From: Prolixibacteraceae bacterium
GTDB taxonomy: Bacteria > Bacteroidota > Bacteroidia > Bacteroidales > Prolixibacteraceae
NCBI GenBank assembly: GCA_038562555.1
Contig: JBCFBK010000003.1
Location: forward strand, 104,343-168,342
Reading direction: 5' to 3'
DNA: 64,000 nucleotides
Each line of letters opens with the position of its first letter. The stretch's first letter is position 1. The notes under the pieces are model-generated. The model saw nothing but the letters and a program-made list of their open reading frames with translations, was not told the DNA's origin and did not search any database. Of the stretch, positions 9,972 to 19,476 are shown one piece after another. Position numbers and translations under genes: made by a program.

Positions 9972-12900
9972 ATGATGAAGAATTTTTTACTAATATGTTT
10001 GTTATTACTCGGGTTTTCGGCAGGCGCTTTGGCACAGGAAAATGTTACGGTAACAGGAGTCGTGACCGACACGAACAAGGAGTCTTTGCCCGGATTGAAT
10101 GTATCGGTAAGCGATATGCCGGGATTGGGGACCATAACCGATGCTAACGGACATTATTCAATAAAAGTGCCTGCTTACCATACCCTGGTTTTTTCTTATA
10201 TCGGTTTTGACACGGAAAAGGTACTGATCAAGGAGCAGCGGGTAGTCAATGTCACCATGAAAGAGTCGGATGCCAGTATGCTTGATGAGGTTGTGATCAC
10301 CGCTACCGGGGCACAAAGAAAGATAGCTGTTACCGGGGCAATTACGAGTATAGATGCAGCGGAACTGAAGTCAAACCCCACCACGTCCGTCGCAGACGGG
10401 TTGGCAGGAGTTGTTCCCGGTATCATGGCGATGCAAACTTCCGGCCGTCCCGGCAGCGTTTCCGAGTTCTGGATACGAAGTATTTCCACTTTTGGCGCCA
10501 ACACCGCGGCGCTGGTATTGGTCGATGGTTTTGAGCGCGATTTGAACGAGGTCAATGTGGAAGATATCGAATCGTTCAGCGTGCTGAAGGATGCTTCCGC
10601 CACTGCTATTTACGGCAGCAAGGGCGCCAACGGGGTTATCCTGGTTAATACGAGACGGGGCAAGGATGGAAAGATCAATATCAGTGCGAAGACGGAAGGG
10701 TTTTACAATACGTTTACCAAACTCCCGGAATTCGCAGACGGCTATACGTATGCTTCCCTGGCCAACGAAGCAAAGATTACCCGCAACCAGGAACCGCTGT
10801 ATCAACCGGAAGAACTGGAGTTATTCCGGTTGGGGTTAGACCCGGATCTGTATCCCAATGTAGACTGGATGGATATGATACTGCGGGACTGGGCATGGAG
10901 TACGCGCTCCGCGTTGAATATGAGCGGCGGCGGAAGAACTGCCCGTTATTTTATATCGGGAAGCTATCAGACCCAGCAGGGAATGTACAAAACGGATGAG
11001 GCATTGAAAGATTATAACACCAACGCCAACTTCAGAAAATGGACATACCGCATGAATATCGATGTGGATATTACCAAAACAACCTTGTTGAAAGCGGGTA
11101 TTTCCGGCTCATTGCAGAAGCAAAACGATCCGGGGGTGGGAAGTGATGCGATATGGACAGCCCTTATGGGATACAATGCGGTTATGGTGCCCCAACTCTA
11201 TTCCGATGGGAAAGTGCCGTCTATTCCTGATGGTGATGATAATCCTGATAATGATCAGGATCGTTTCAATCCGTGGGTGCAGGCTACCATGACCGGATAC
11301 AGAGAAAACTGGAATAATAACATTCAAACGAATGTATCGTTGGAGCAAAATCTGGATTTCATCACAAAAGGCCTCCGGTTTGTCGGACGATTCGGATACG
11401 ACACCAATAACTCTAATGAGATCACCCGCAGGAAGAATCCGGAACTGTGGTTAGCCAAACGCTATCGTTCTCAGGATGGTGAGTTGATCTTTGAACGGGT
11501 GGCGGAAGAAGTAAAGATGACACAAAGCTCGGCTTCCGGGGGAGACAGAAGAGAATTCTTTGAGTGGGAGATGCACTACGATCGCAGATCGGGAGAACAT
11601 CGTATTGGAGGAGTAGTAAAATACAACCAGGCAGCCAAGATACAGACCCAGAACATCGGATCCGATCTTAAAAACGGGATCTCCCGCCGCAACCAGGGAT
11701 TGGCGGGCCGTGCCAACTATAACTGGAAGCTTCGTTATTTTATTGATTTCAATTTCGGATATACCGGCTCGGAGAACTTCCATAAAGATAACCGTTTCGG
11801 TTTCTTCCCGGCTATTTCAGGCGCCTGGAATGTTTCGGGAGAGCCTTTCCTGAAGAAGCTGGAATGGATCGATATGCTGAAGATCCGTTATTCTTATGGA
11901 AAGACCGGTAACGATGATTTAGGTGATATTCGATTCCCCTATTTGTACACCATTGAGACGATGACAAACGATGATGGTGATCCCAGCGGTGGTTACCAGT
12001 TCGCAGATTATAATTTTGACCGATATTACGGCGGTATGCGTTATTCGACTTTAGCTTCATCGAACGTTTCGTGGGAGGTTGCCATCAAACAAGACCTGGG
12101 GGTTGATTTTTCACTGTTTGGCGACAAACTGTCGGGAGCGGTCGATTATTTCAGGGAACGTCGCGACGGAATTTATATGACGCGTGATTATCTCCCCTGG
12201 TCGGCAGGTTTGGAGAGCAATCCGTCAGCGAATGTAGGTATCGTGGAAGCCAAGGGATTTGACGGGAATTTTACGCTCAAACAAAAACTGGGAGATGTAA
12301 ACGTGACCCTGCGCGGTAATATGACCTACAGCAAAAATGAGATTATCGAGCGGGACGAAGAGAATACGGTTTATTGGTATAAGATGCAAAAAGGACATCG
12401 GGTGAACCAGGCCAGGGGCCTGATTGATTTGGGCCTGTTCAAAGATTATGAAGATATCAGGAACAGTCCGAGGCAAACCTACGGCGACGTGATGCCAGGT
12501 GATATCAAATACAAAGATGTTAATGGAGACGGTGTCATTAATGACGATGACAGGGTGGCTATCGGAGCGACGACCAAACCGAATCTGACCTATGGGTTCG
12601 GCGCTTCTGCCAAATGGAAAGGGTTCAATATAAGCGCGCATTTCCAGGGAGTGGGAAAATCGACCTATTTCATTAATGGTTCCACGGTTTACATGTTTAG
12701 TTTAGGCGACGGCTGGGGAAATGTATTAAAAGACATGGCTAATTCGAATCGCTGGATCTCTGCTGAAATTTCCGGTGATCCGGCAACCGAGGATCCGGAT
12801 GCCGATTATCCCCGTTTAAGTTACGGCGCCAATAGCAATAATTACAGACAATCTACATTCTGGCTGAGGAACGGTTCCTATATACGCCTCAAGACGCTGG

Positions 12901-13091
12901 ATATCGGCTACACGCTCCCCAAAGCACTGGTTAACAGAGCCCATTTTAATGAAGTCCGCATCTTCTTTATCGGAACCAACCTGCTTACTTTCTCCGGGTT
13001 CAAGTTTTGGGACCCGGAAATGGGTAGCTCAGACGGGAAAAAGTATCCGCTTAGCAAAAGCATTTCATTGGGAGTAGCGGTTAACCTATAA
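9972..13091 (+). CDS. SusC/RagA-family TonB-dependent outer membrane transporter.
   Basis: It is 1039 aa. The N-terminal carboxypeptidase-like domain reads QENVTVTGVVTD...LPGLNVSV, and the plug reads SVLKDASATAIYGSKGANGVILVNT. SusD follows after 12 nt. Confidence 0.95.
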   Translation: MMKNFLLICLLLLGFSAGALAQENVTVTGVVTDTNKESLPGLNVSVSDMPGLGTITDANGHYSIKVPAYHTLVFSYIGFDTEKVLIKEQRVVNVTMKESDASMLDEVVITATGAQRKIAVTGAITSIDAAELKSNPTTSVADGLAGVVPGIMAMQTSGRPGSVSEFWIRSISTFGANTAALVLVDGFERDLNEVNVEDIESFSVLKDASATAIYGSKGANGVILVNTRRGKDGKINISAKTEGFYNTFTKLPEFADGYTYASLANEAKITRNQEPLYQPEELELFRLGLDPDLYPNVDWMDMILRDWAWSTRSALNMSGGGRTARYFISGSYQTQQGMYKTDEALKDYNTNANFRKWTYRMNIDVDITKTTLLKAGISGSLQKQNDPGVGSDAIWTALMGYNAVMVPQLYSDGKVPSIPDGDDNPDNDQDRFNPWVQATMTGYRENWNNNIQTNVSLEQNLDFITKGLRFVGRFGYDTNNSNEITRRKNPELWLAKRYRSQDGELIFERVAEEVKMTQSSASGGDRREFFEWEMHYDRRSGEHRIGGVVKYNQAAKIQTQNIGSDLKNGISRRNQGLAGRANYNWKLRYFIDFNFGYTGSENFHKDNRFGFFPAISGAWNVSGEPFLKKLEWIDMLKIRYSYGKTGNDDLGDIRFPYLYTIETMTNDDGDPSGGYQFADYNFDRYYGGMRYSTLASSNVSWEVAIKQDLGVDFSLFGDKLSGAVDYFRERRDGIYMTRDYLPWSAGLESNPSANVGIVEAKGFDGNFTLKQKLGDVNVTLRGNMTYSKNEIIERDEENTVYWYKMQKGHRVNQARGLIDLGLFKDYEDIRNSPRQTYGDVMPGDIKYKDVNGDGVINDDDRVAIGATTKPNLTYGFGASAKWKGFNISAHFQGVGKSTYFINGSTVYMFSLGDGWGNVLKDMANSNRWISAEISGDPATEDPDADYPRLSYGANSNNYRQSTFWLRNGSYIRLKTLDIGYTLPKALVNRAHFNEVRIFFIGTNLLTFSGFKFWDPEMGSSDGKKYPLSKSISLGVAVNL

Positions 13092-13103
13092 CGAATAAAT
13101 AAT

Positions 13104-13191
13104 ATGAAAAATACGATTAAACGAGAGCAGAGGCCAAACTGGTTTGAGGCTCTGCCGAGTGTGAGTATTTCGCGCACGACGAAAAGAATAC
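13104..13191 (+). repeat. Copy 1 of an ~88-bp conserved 5' unit, comprising the first 29 codons of susD and including a 13-bp stem hairpin at 13127..13155.
   Basis: It is ~80% identical to 15274..15361. The hairpin is GCAGAGGCCAAAC tg GTTTGAGGCTCTGC. Confidence 0.7.
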
Positions 13192-15254
13192 TTATAATTT
13201 TATCTTGTTTCACAGGATTGAGCCTTATCCTGGGTGGATGCAGCGATTACCTTGACTCGGATTATCTGTTTGATGAGCGGATGTCCATGGAAGATGTTTT
13301 TACCAACGAGGATTATACCAATCAATGGCTGGCACGCGGTTATTCCTATATGGGAAACGCTTACCTGCAGGATGTATGCAGTAAAAAGGATTATCCGTTC
13401 AATTTCGCCGACGACATGTATTTCGACGGCGAGAGTAACCGTTACGCGAACTGGAAAGCCGGCCAATACAGTGAAAGCGGCCTGAATGGTGAATCTCAGG
13501 GGATTTGGCAAAACGCTTACAAAGGGATTCGCCAGGTTTCCATCTTCCTGAATTACATTGATATGAATAAGGAATTTAGTGAGCAGGAGATTGCCGACAT
13601 GAAAGGGCAGGCGCACTTCTTAAGAGCCTATTACTACTGGATCATGCTTCGCACCTATGGTCCTGTGCCTATTGTCCCCGACGAAGGTATTGATTACACA
13701 AAAGAGTATGATGAAGTGGCGCAGCCGCGTAATACCTATGACGAATGCGTGGACTATATCACGAAAGAACTGGTTACGGCAGCCGAAACGCTTCCGCTTC
13801 AACGCTCGGTAGAAGCATTAGCCCGTCCTTCCCGGGGAGCGGCCCTGGCGCTTCGGGCCAAAGTGTTATTGTTCGGGGCCAGCCCGTTATTCAACGGAAA
13901 GGCGCCGGTCGAGGTGGCTGCCGCCCTCGTAGACAAACAGGGCAGACGCTTGCTGCCGGAAACATACGATGAATCAAAATGGGCCAAAGCTGCCGCCGCT
14001 GCTAAGGATGTGATGGATTTGAATTTCTATTCACTCCATGTCTCCTATCGCAAAGACACCGAAACCATTGGCTATCCGGCAACCGTCACGCCCCCTTACG
14101 ACGCGAACTTCTCCGACAAGGACTGGCCGGATGGCTGGAAAAACATAGACCCGTTCGAATCGTATCGTTCTTTGTTTAACGGAGAGGTGACTGCCAGTGA
14201 AAATCAGGAACTTATTTTTACCAGGGGGCAGAATAGCCCGAATGAGAATATAGCAGCTATGGTGCTTCATCAGCTGCCGCGAACATGGGGTAAAGGATAT
14301 AATTCGCATGCCATGACACAAAAGCAAGTCGATGCATACTATATGGCTGATGGCACCGATGCGCCGGGCATGAACTCCATGTATGCCAACCTGTCCGGAT
14401 ACGCCGGCCGGTACGATAGCCGCCCGCGTGCAGCAGGGTATGTGACGGCAGCGGAACTGGCGGAATATCCTGAGTTGGGTGTTCAGGGGACGGGTGTTTC
14501 CAAACAATATGCGGAGCGTGAGCCCCGTTTCTATGCATCGGTGGCTTATAACGGCAGTACCTGGTATTTCCTGAATGCCCAAGAAAGTGCGGAGGAACAG
14601 AAAAACAAACAAATATTCTACTACCGGGGCGAAGATAACGGATATAAGATCAGCTACTCGCTGCTCACGGGTATAGGCATAAAGAAATACGTGCATCCGG
14701 ACGATATCAGTTTAATAGGAGGCTCCTATAACAGAGATCGTATACGGGAAAAAGTAGACCCGGCTCTCCGTTATGGAGAAATATTGTTGATCTACGCGGA
14801 AGCATTGAATGAACTGGCCGGAAATTACAGCATTCCCTCGTGGGATGGCAGCAAGGTACACACGGTAGGCCGCGACGTCTCCGAGATGAAGAAAGGCATT
14901 CAGCCCATTCGGATCCGCGCCGGGATATCCGACTATACAGACGATGTATATGCCGATGCCGACCGGTTCCGTGTGAAATTGAAACGTGAGCGCCAGATCG
15001 AGCTCTTTGCCGAAGGATGCCGCTATTTTGATATACGCCGCTGGATGGATGTTCCGGTTGAGGAGGCGGCCTCTGTTTATGGTTGCAACATCTATTGCGG
15101 TAAAGAAATGGCTGATCTTTACCACACCCCTGTCGAGGTTCCTTCTTTGGCGCCTGTATTTTCCCTGAAACTGTGGCTATGGCCCATTCACTATACGGAA
15201 TTGAAACGTAACAAGGAATTGACCCAAAACCCGGGTTGGACTTATCCTGAATAA
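13104..15254 (+). CDS. SusD/RagB-family nutrient-binding outer membrane lipoprotein with an unusual ~28-aa N-terminal leader.
   Basis: It is 716 aa with the lipobox LILGGCSDY. SusD-like TPR helices are present (RAYYYWIMLRTYGPVPIV, the C-terminal RYFDIRRW motif). The first 88 nt are repeated at the start of the next gene. Confidence 0.9.
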   Translation: MKNTIKREQRPNWFEALPSVSISRTTKRILIILSCFTGLSLILGGCSDYLDSDYLFDERMSMEDVFTNEDYTNQWLARGYSYMGNAYLQDVCSKKDYPFNFADDMYFDGESNRYANWKAGQYSESGLNGESQGIWQNAYKGIRQVSIFLNYIDMNKEFSEQEIADMKGQAHFLRAYYYWIMLRTYGPVPIVPDEGIDYTKEYDEVAQPRNTYDECVDYITKELVTAAETLPLQRSVEALARPSRGAALALRAKVLLFGASPLFNGKAPVEVAAALVDKQGRRLLPETYDESKWAKAAAAAKDVMDLNFYSLHVSYRKDTETIGYPATVTPPYDANFSDKDWPDGWKNIDPFESYRSLFNGEVTASENQELIFTRGQNSPNENIAAMVLHQLPRTWGKGYNSHAMTQKQVDAYYMADGTDAPGMNSMYANLSGYAGRYDSRPRAAGYVTAAELAEYPELGVQGTGVSKQYAEREPRFYASVAYNGSTWYFLNAQESAEEQKNKQIFYYRGEDNGYKISYSLLTGIGIKKYVHPDDISLIGGSYNRDRIREKVDPALRYGEILLIYAEALNELAGNYSIPSWDGSKVHTVGRDVSEMKKGIQPIRIRAGISDYTDDVYADADRFRVKLKRERQIELFAEGCRYFDIRRWMDVPVEEAASVYGCNIYCGKEMADLYHTPVEVPSLAPVFSLKLWLWPIHYTELKRNKELTQNPGWTYPE

Positions 15255-15273
15255 TTTTTTATAATTAGGAAGA

Positions 15274-15361
15274 ATGAAAAATACGATTAAGAGAGAGCAG
15301 AGCTCAAACTTGTTTGAAGCTCTGCCGAACGAGAGTATTTTGCGCGCAGCGAAAAATGTCT
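15274..15361 (+). repeat. Copy 2 of the ~88-bp conserved 5' unit at the start of the SusE-position lipoprotein gene, with its hairpin at 15297..15325.
   Basis: GCAGAGCTCAAAC tt GTTTGAAGCTCTGC. The stem is preserved by compensatory changes relative to copy 1. Confidence 0.7.
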
Positions 15362-16344
15362 GTTTTCTGTTTTTAGCCATGGTAACAGCGATATGCTATG
15401 TATCATGTAATAATGAGTGGGAAGATGAGCAATATGTGCAGTTAGCCTCATTCAAAGCCGAGCCCGGTTCGAATGGCGTAACTTCTACCTATTTGCGTTA
15501 TTACCCCGAAGGGAATGTGACCTATCAGCTTCCGGTGATCATGAGCGGCTCAACACCGAACGCTAAAAACCGTACCATACGTATCGGTTTGGACCTCGAC
15601 ACATTAGCCATCATGAACATGGAACAATATGGACACCGTGAGGAACTTTATTTCAAGGCGCTGGATCCCAAATATTACAGCATTCCGGAAACATTAGAGA
15701 TACCCGCTGGTGAATCAACTGGCTTATTGCCCATTCAATTTACCTTGGGTGATCTTGACCAGTCCGACAAGTGGGTATTGCCCCTGATGATCCTCGATGA
15801 GCCGTCGGACAACTATGAGGTTAATCCCCGCAAATACTACCGGCGAGCTCTCCTGCTTATCAGCCCGTTTAACGATTATTCGGGCACGTACAGCGGCACG
15901 TTATACAAGATAGTTCTGGAAGGAGATACCAAGAATCCGCTGACTTTGAGCAGCCACAGAACGTATGTGGCGGATGATAAAACCATTTTTATCTACGCGG
16001 GGAACAGAAACATCGATTCTCAGGATCGCAAACTGTATAAGATTTTTATCGAATTTACCGACGAAAGAATAGACCTCCTGACTAAGAAGTTGAGGCTTTA
16101 CACAGATAATCCGGAGATCAATCTTAAGGTGGTCGGACAGCCGGGTTACTCAGTAGAGGAAGCAATGGATGTAACAAAGCCCTATCTGAAACATATCTAC
16201 GTCACCCTTAATCTGGCATATGAGTTCGTAGATTATACCACAGTCCCGGGAAATGTGCTACATTATTCGGTTTCAGGTTCATTGTCAATGCAACGCGATC
16301 TGAACACCCTGATACCGGACGAAGATCAGCAGATTCAATGGTAG
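15274..16344 (+). CDS. SusE-position surface lipoprotein of unknown function, probably DUF1735/DUF4361-like.
   Basis: It is 356 aa with a lipobox (AICYVSCNNE) after the same MKNTIKREQ..FEALP leader as SusD. It sits immediately downstream of susD. Confidence 0.6.
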   Translation: MKNTIKREQSSNLFEALPNESILRAAKNVCFLFLAMVTAICYVSCNNEWEDEQYVQLASFKAEPGSNGVTSTYLRYYPEGNVTYQLPVIMSGSTPNAKNRTIRIGLDLDTLAIMNMEQYGHREELYFKALDPKYYSIPETLEIPAGESTGLLPIQFTLGDLDQSDKWVLPLMILDEPSDNYEVNPRKYYRRALLLISPFNDYSGTYSGTLYKIVLEGDTKNPLTLSSHRTYVADDKTIFIYAGNRNIDSQDRKLYKIFIEFTDERIDLLTKKLRLYTDNPEINLKVVGQPGYSVEEAMDVTKPYLKHIYVTLNLAYEFVDYTTVPGNVLHYSVSGSLSMQRDLNTLIPDEDQQIQW

Positions 16345-16524
16345 GGGGAAATCTTGCTTTATATATTGGGTTGCCGCCGATTCTCAGGCAATCCAATATA
16401 ACGGTGATCACAGAAAATACGATGAAAATGAATATGTTCTGGCTATACAGTTCGAAGTTTTTTAATCCTGGAACGCAAAATCAACACGCAGGTACCTGAT
16501 GAAGATCAGGCCATCGAGTGGTAA
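16345..16524 (+). pseudogene. Relic 3' fragment of a paralog of the 15274..16344 lipoprotein gene.
   Basis: Translation of 16447..16524 gives ...YTVRSFLILERKINTQVPDEDQAIEW*. The preceding gene ends ...YSVSGSLSMQRDLNTLIPDEDQQIQW*. The frame is open back to 16345 but has no credible start and no signal peptide. Confidence 0.55.
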
Positions 16525-16681
16525 AAAAGAATTATTCTGATGCGGAGGGAGGTACTGAAAAGTATCCCCCTCTATGCATATCCGGTTCGAAATTTTGTCT
16601 TGACGATGAGTAACTGCCGGGGTCCGGCTGTATAAACAACGAAACGAAGGATTATTTTTTAAGAAATAAATAAAGTTAAAG

Positions 16682-19180
16682 ATGAAGAGAAAAAGATTTT
16701 TTGTATTGGCATTGTTGCTTGCAGGAATGGCCGGTGTATCCTGCACCCCAAAGGCTCATGTTGAAAAAGAGGCAGCCACGACCGGGCTTCGGGCTCCTGC
16801 TTATCCGCTGGTGACCATTGATCCTTATACCAGTGCGTGGGCGACAACCGACCAGTTATTTGACGGACCGGTGAAGCATTGGACCGGAAAAGAGCATCCG
16901 CTCATCGGCGCGATTCGCGTTGACGGACAGGTTTACCGGTTCCTCGGAAAAGAAAATGTCCCGCTTAAAACAGTCATTCCCATGGCCGGCGAAGAAGCGT
17001 GGGAAGCCAGGTACACCCTGAAAAAACCGGGAAGAGGCTGGGAGAAAACCGGCTTTAACGACGGCTCCTGGACCTTGGGCCGAGGCGCCTTTGGAACGAA
17101 CGACATGCCAGCACTCGAGACTCCCTGGCAAACGAAAGATATCTGGCTGCGCCGGGAGTTTACTCTTTCGGAAGTACCGGAAGGAGAAGTTTACCTGAAC
17201 TATTCGCATGATGATATTTTCGAGCTGTACCTGAATGGCCGCCAACTCGTCAAAACAGATTATGAATGGAAAAATGGTGTGGTTCTAAAACTGGATAAGA
17301 ACCTGTTGAAAGCGGGCGAAGAAAATGTGATCGCAGCCCATTGCCACAACCGCACCGGTGGCGGGTATGTGGACTTCGGCTTATTTACCGATCCTGACCA
17401 GCAGGAAGCTTTTGCGCAGCCGGCCGCTCAGAAAGCGGTGGCCTTGTCGGCCACATCGACTGTTTATACCTTTGTCTGCGGTTCCGTCGACCTGCGCTTG
17501 CAGTTTACTTCGCCGCTGCTCCCCGGAGACCTGGATCTGCTCTCGCGCCCGGTCAACTACATCAGTTACGAAGTGGTTGCCAACGACGGCGGGAAACATG
17601 ATGTCCAACTCTATTTTGAAGGTACCCCGCAATGGGCGGTGAACGAACTGAGCCAGGAGGTTGAGCTTGGAAAGGGTCGGGCAGGTCATGTCAGCTATGT
17701 AAAAACCGGAACCACCGAACAGCCGGTTCTGCAAAAAAAAGGAGATAATGTCAGGATCGACTGGGGATACTTTTATCTGGCTGCGCCCGGTGAAAAACAA
17801 ACCGTGGGCGTTTCGGAAAATTATGCCGCACCGAAGAATGCTTTTGTGCAAAACGGAACTGTGGAGGCGGGACCAGACAAACTGACGGCCAGAATGAGTA
17901 AAGCAATGCCGGCGATGGTGGTTGTGGATGCTTTGGGTGAAGTTTCAGATAAACCTGCGGGCGGATATGTGATGATCGGCTATGACGACCTGGAGTCAAT
18001 CCAGTATTTTGGCACTAATCTGAAGGGTTGGTGGACCAAAAACGGCACGGTGACGATGGACCAGGCTCTGCAGGACGCAGCCGGCGATTATGCAGACGTA
18101 ATGAAACGCTGCACGGAAATGGATAATCGGGTGTGGGAAGAGACCAAGGCTGCCGGCGGTAAAAACTATGCCGATCTGTGCGTGCTGGCCTTCCGGCAGA
18201 GCATCGCTGCTCATAAACTGGTGAAAGACACGGCGGGAACGATTCTTTTCCTTTCAAAGGAAAACTTCAGCAATGGCTCGATCGGGACGGTCGATGTGAC
18301 TTACCCCTCAGCGCCCCTGTTCCTGAAATATAATCCCGACCTGCTGAAAGGAATGCTGAACCCGATTTTCTATTACTCGGAAAGCGGGAAGTGGACCAAG
18401 CCTTTCGCGGCCCATGATGTAGGTACTTACCCGCTGGCTAACGGACAAACCTATGGCGGCGACATGCCGGTAGAGGAAAGCGGGAATATGCTGATCCTGA
18501 CTACTGCTATCGCCCATGCAGAAGGAAATGCCGACTATGCGCAGCAACACTGGGAAGTACTGACGACCTGGGCCGATTACCTGCTGGAGAATGGACTTGA
18601 TCCGGAAAATCAGCTTTGCACCGACGATTTTGCCGGTCATTTTGCACACAATGTAAATCTGTCGGTCAAAGCGATTATGGGTATTGCCGGCTATGGACAT
18701 CTGGCCGCGATGCTGGGTAAAAATGACGTGGCTGAAAAATATACGGCCGAAGCAAAACGGATGGCCGGCGAATGGGTGAAGATGGCCGACGACGGTGACC
18801 ACTACCGCTTAACCTTCGATCAGCCGGGAACCTGGAGTCAGAAGTACAACCTGGTATGGGACAAGTTGCTTGGACTAAATATTTTCCCCAAAGAAGTTGC
18901 ACAGAAGGAACTGGCTTATTACCTTACCAGGCAAAATGCGTACGGCTTGCCGCTCGACAACCGGAGGACCTATACCAAGAGCGACTGGATCGTCTGGACA
19001 GCCACCCTGGCCGATGACCAGACGACTTTCCAAAAGTTCATTGATCCCTTGCACAGGTTCGTAAATGAAACGCCCGACCGCGTGCCGATGAGCGACTGGT
19101 ACGAAACGCCCGACGCCAAACAGGTAGGATTTCAGGCGAGGTCGGTAGTTGGGGGATATTTTATAAAACTGTTGGAATAG
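16682..19180 (+). CDS. DUF4965/DUF5127/DUF1793-family protein (glutaminase A-like), paralog of the ORF at 3557..6046.
   Basis: It is 832 aa with a lipoprotein signal (LLLAGMAGVSCTP). Shared blocks include LRAPAYPLVTIDPYTSAW, HWTGKE.PLIGAIRVD and YSHDD.FELYLNG. Confidence 0.75.
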   Translation: MKRKRFFVLALLLAGMAGVSCTPKAHVEKEAATTGLRAPAYPLVTIDPYTSAWATTDQLFDGPVKHWTGKEHPLIGAIRVDGQVYRFLGKENVPLKTVIPMAGEEAWEARYTLKKPGRGWEKTGFNDGSWTLGRGAFGTNDMPALETPWQTKDIWLRREFTLSEVPEGEVYLNYSHDDIFELYLNGRQLVKTDYEWKNGVVLKLDKNLLKAGEENVIAAHCHNRTGGGYVDFGLFTDPDQQEAFAQPAAQKAVALSATSTVYTFVCGSVDLRLQFTSPLLPGDLDLLSRPVNYISYEVVANDGGKHDVQLYFEGTPQWAVNELSQEVELGKGRAGHVSYVKTGTTEQPVLQKKGDNVRIDWGYFYLAAPGEKQTVGVSENYAAPKNAFVQNGTVEAGPDKLTARMSKAMPAMVVVDALGEVSDKPAGGYVMIGYDDLESIQYFGTNLKGWWTKNGTVTMDQALQDAAGDYADVMKRCTEMDNRVWEETKAAGGKNYADLCVLAFRQSIAAHKLVKDTAGTILFLSKENFSNGSIGTVDVTYPSAPLFLKYNPDLLKGMLNPIFYYSESGKWTKPFAAHDVGTYPLANGQTYGGDMPVEESGNMLILTTAIAHAEGNADYAQQHWEVLTTWADYLLENGLDPENQLCTDDFAGHFAHNVNLSVKAIMGIAGYGHLAAMLGKNDVAEKYTAEAKRMAGEWVKMADDGDHYRLTFDQPGTWSQKYNLVWDKLLGLNIFPKEVAQKELAYYLTRQNAYGLPLDNRRTYTKSDWIVWTATLADDQTTFQKFIDPLHRFVNETPDRVPMSDWYETPDAKQVGFQARSVVGGYFIKLLE

Positions 19181-19184
19181 GATT

Positions 19185-19215
19185 TAGTCGTAAGTAGTTA
19201 GTCGTAAGTAGTAAG
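19185..19215. repeat. REP-like repeat: two tandem copies of TAGTCGTAAGTAGT immediately after the DUF4965 paralog stop.
   Basis: TAGTCGTAAGTAGT TAGTCGTAAGTAGT AAG. It places stop codons in all three forward frames. Confidence 0.65.
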
Positions 19216-19361
19216 ACAGGAGAAGGAGAATAAGCGGGAAACCGGAAGAATAGGTGGCATGGTAGCAAGGTTTTTGGGTAGCTGGGTTATAAGATTGCTG
19301 TTTTACCTTTCAACCCTGCAACCTGGCAATCAGATGCAGAAATAGGTTTTATGGTATAGTT

Positions 19362-19400
19362 GCGGGGCTGTCACGATAACTGACGGCCCCGCTTATTTCC
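19362..19400 (+). terminator. Hairpin with a T-rich tail in the DUF4965 to ECF-sigma intergenic region, a possible terminator for PUL 1.
   Basis: GCGGGGCtgtcacgataactgacGGCCCCGCttatttcc. Confidence 0.5.
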
Positions 19401-19476
19401 GCTTGCTCAAAGACCAAACACGGTTGCCCCTGATTAATTTTTAATACTTTTGCGTTAAAACCTAAATTCGCCGGAT

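Noticed and set aside
16543-16580. An imperfect hairpin (GAGGGAGGTACTgaaaAGTATCCCCCTC) downstream of the relic fragment, as a terminator.
   Set aside because: The stem has mismatches and no U-tract. It is too weak to call.
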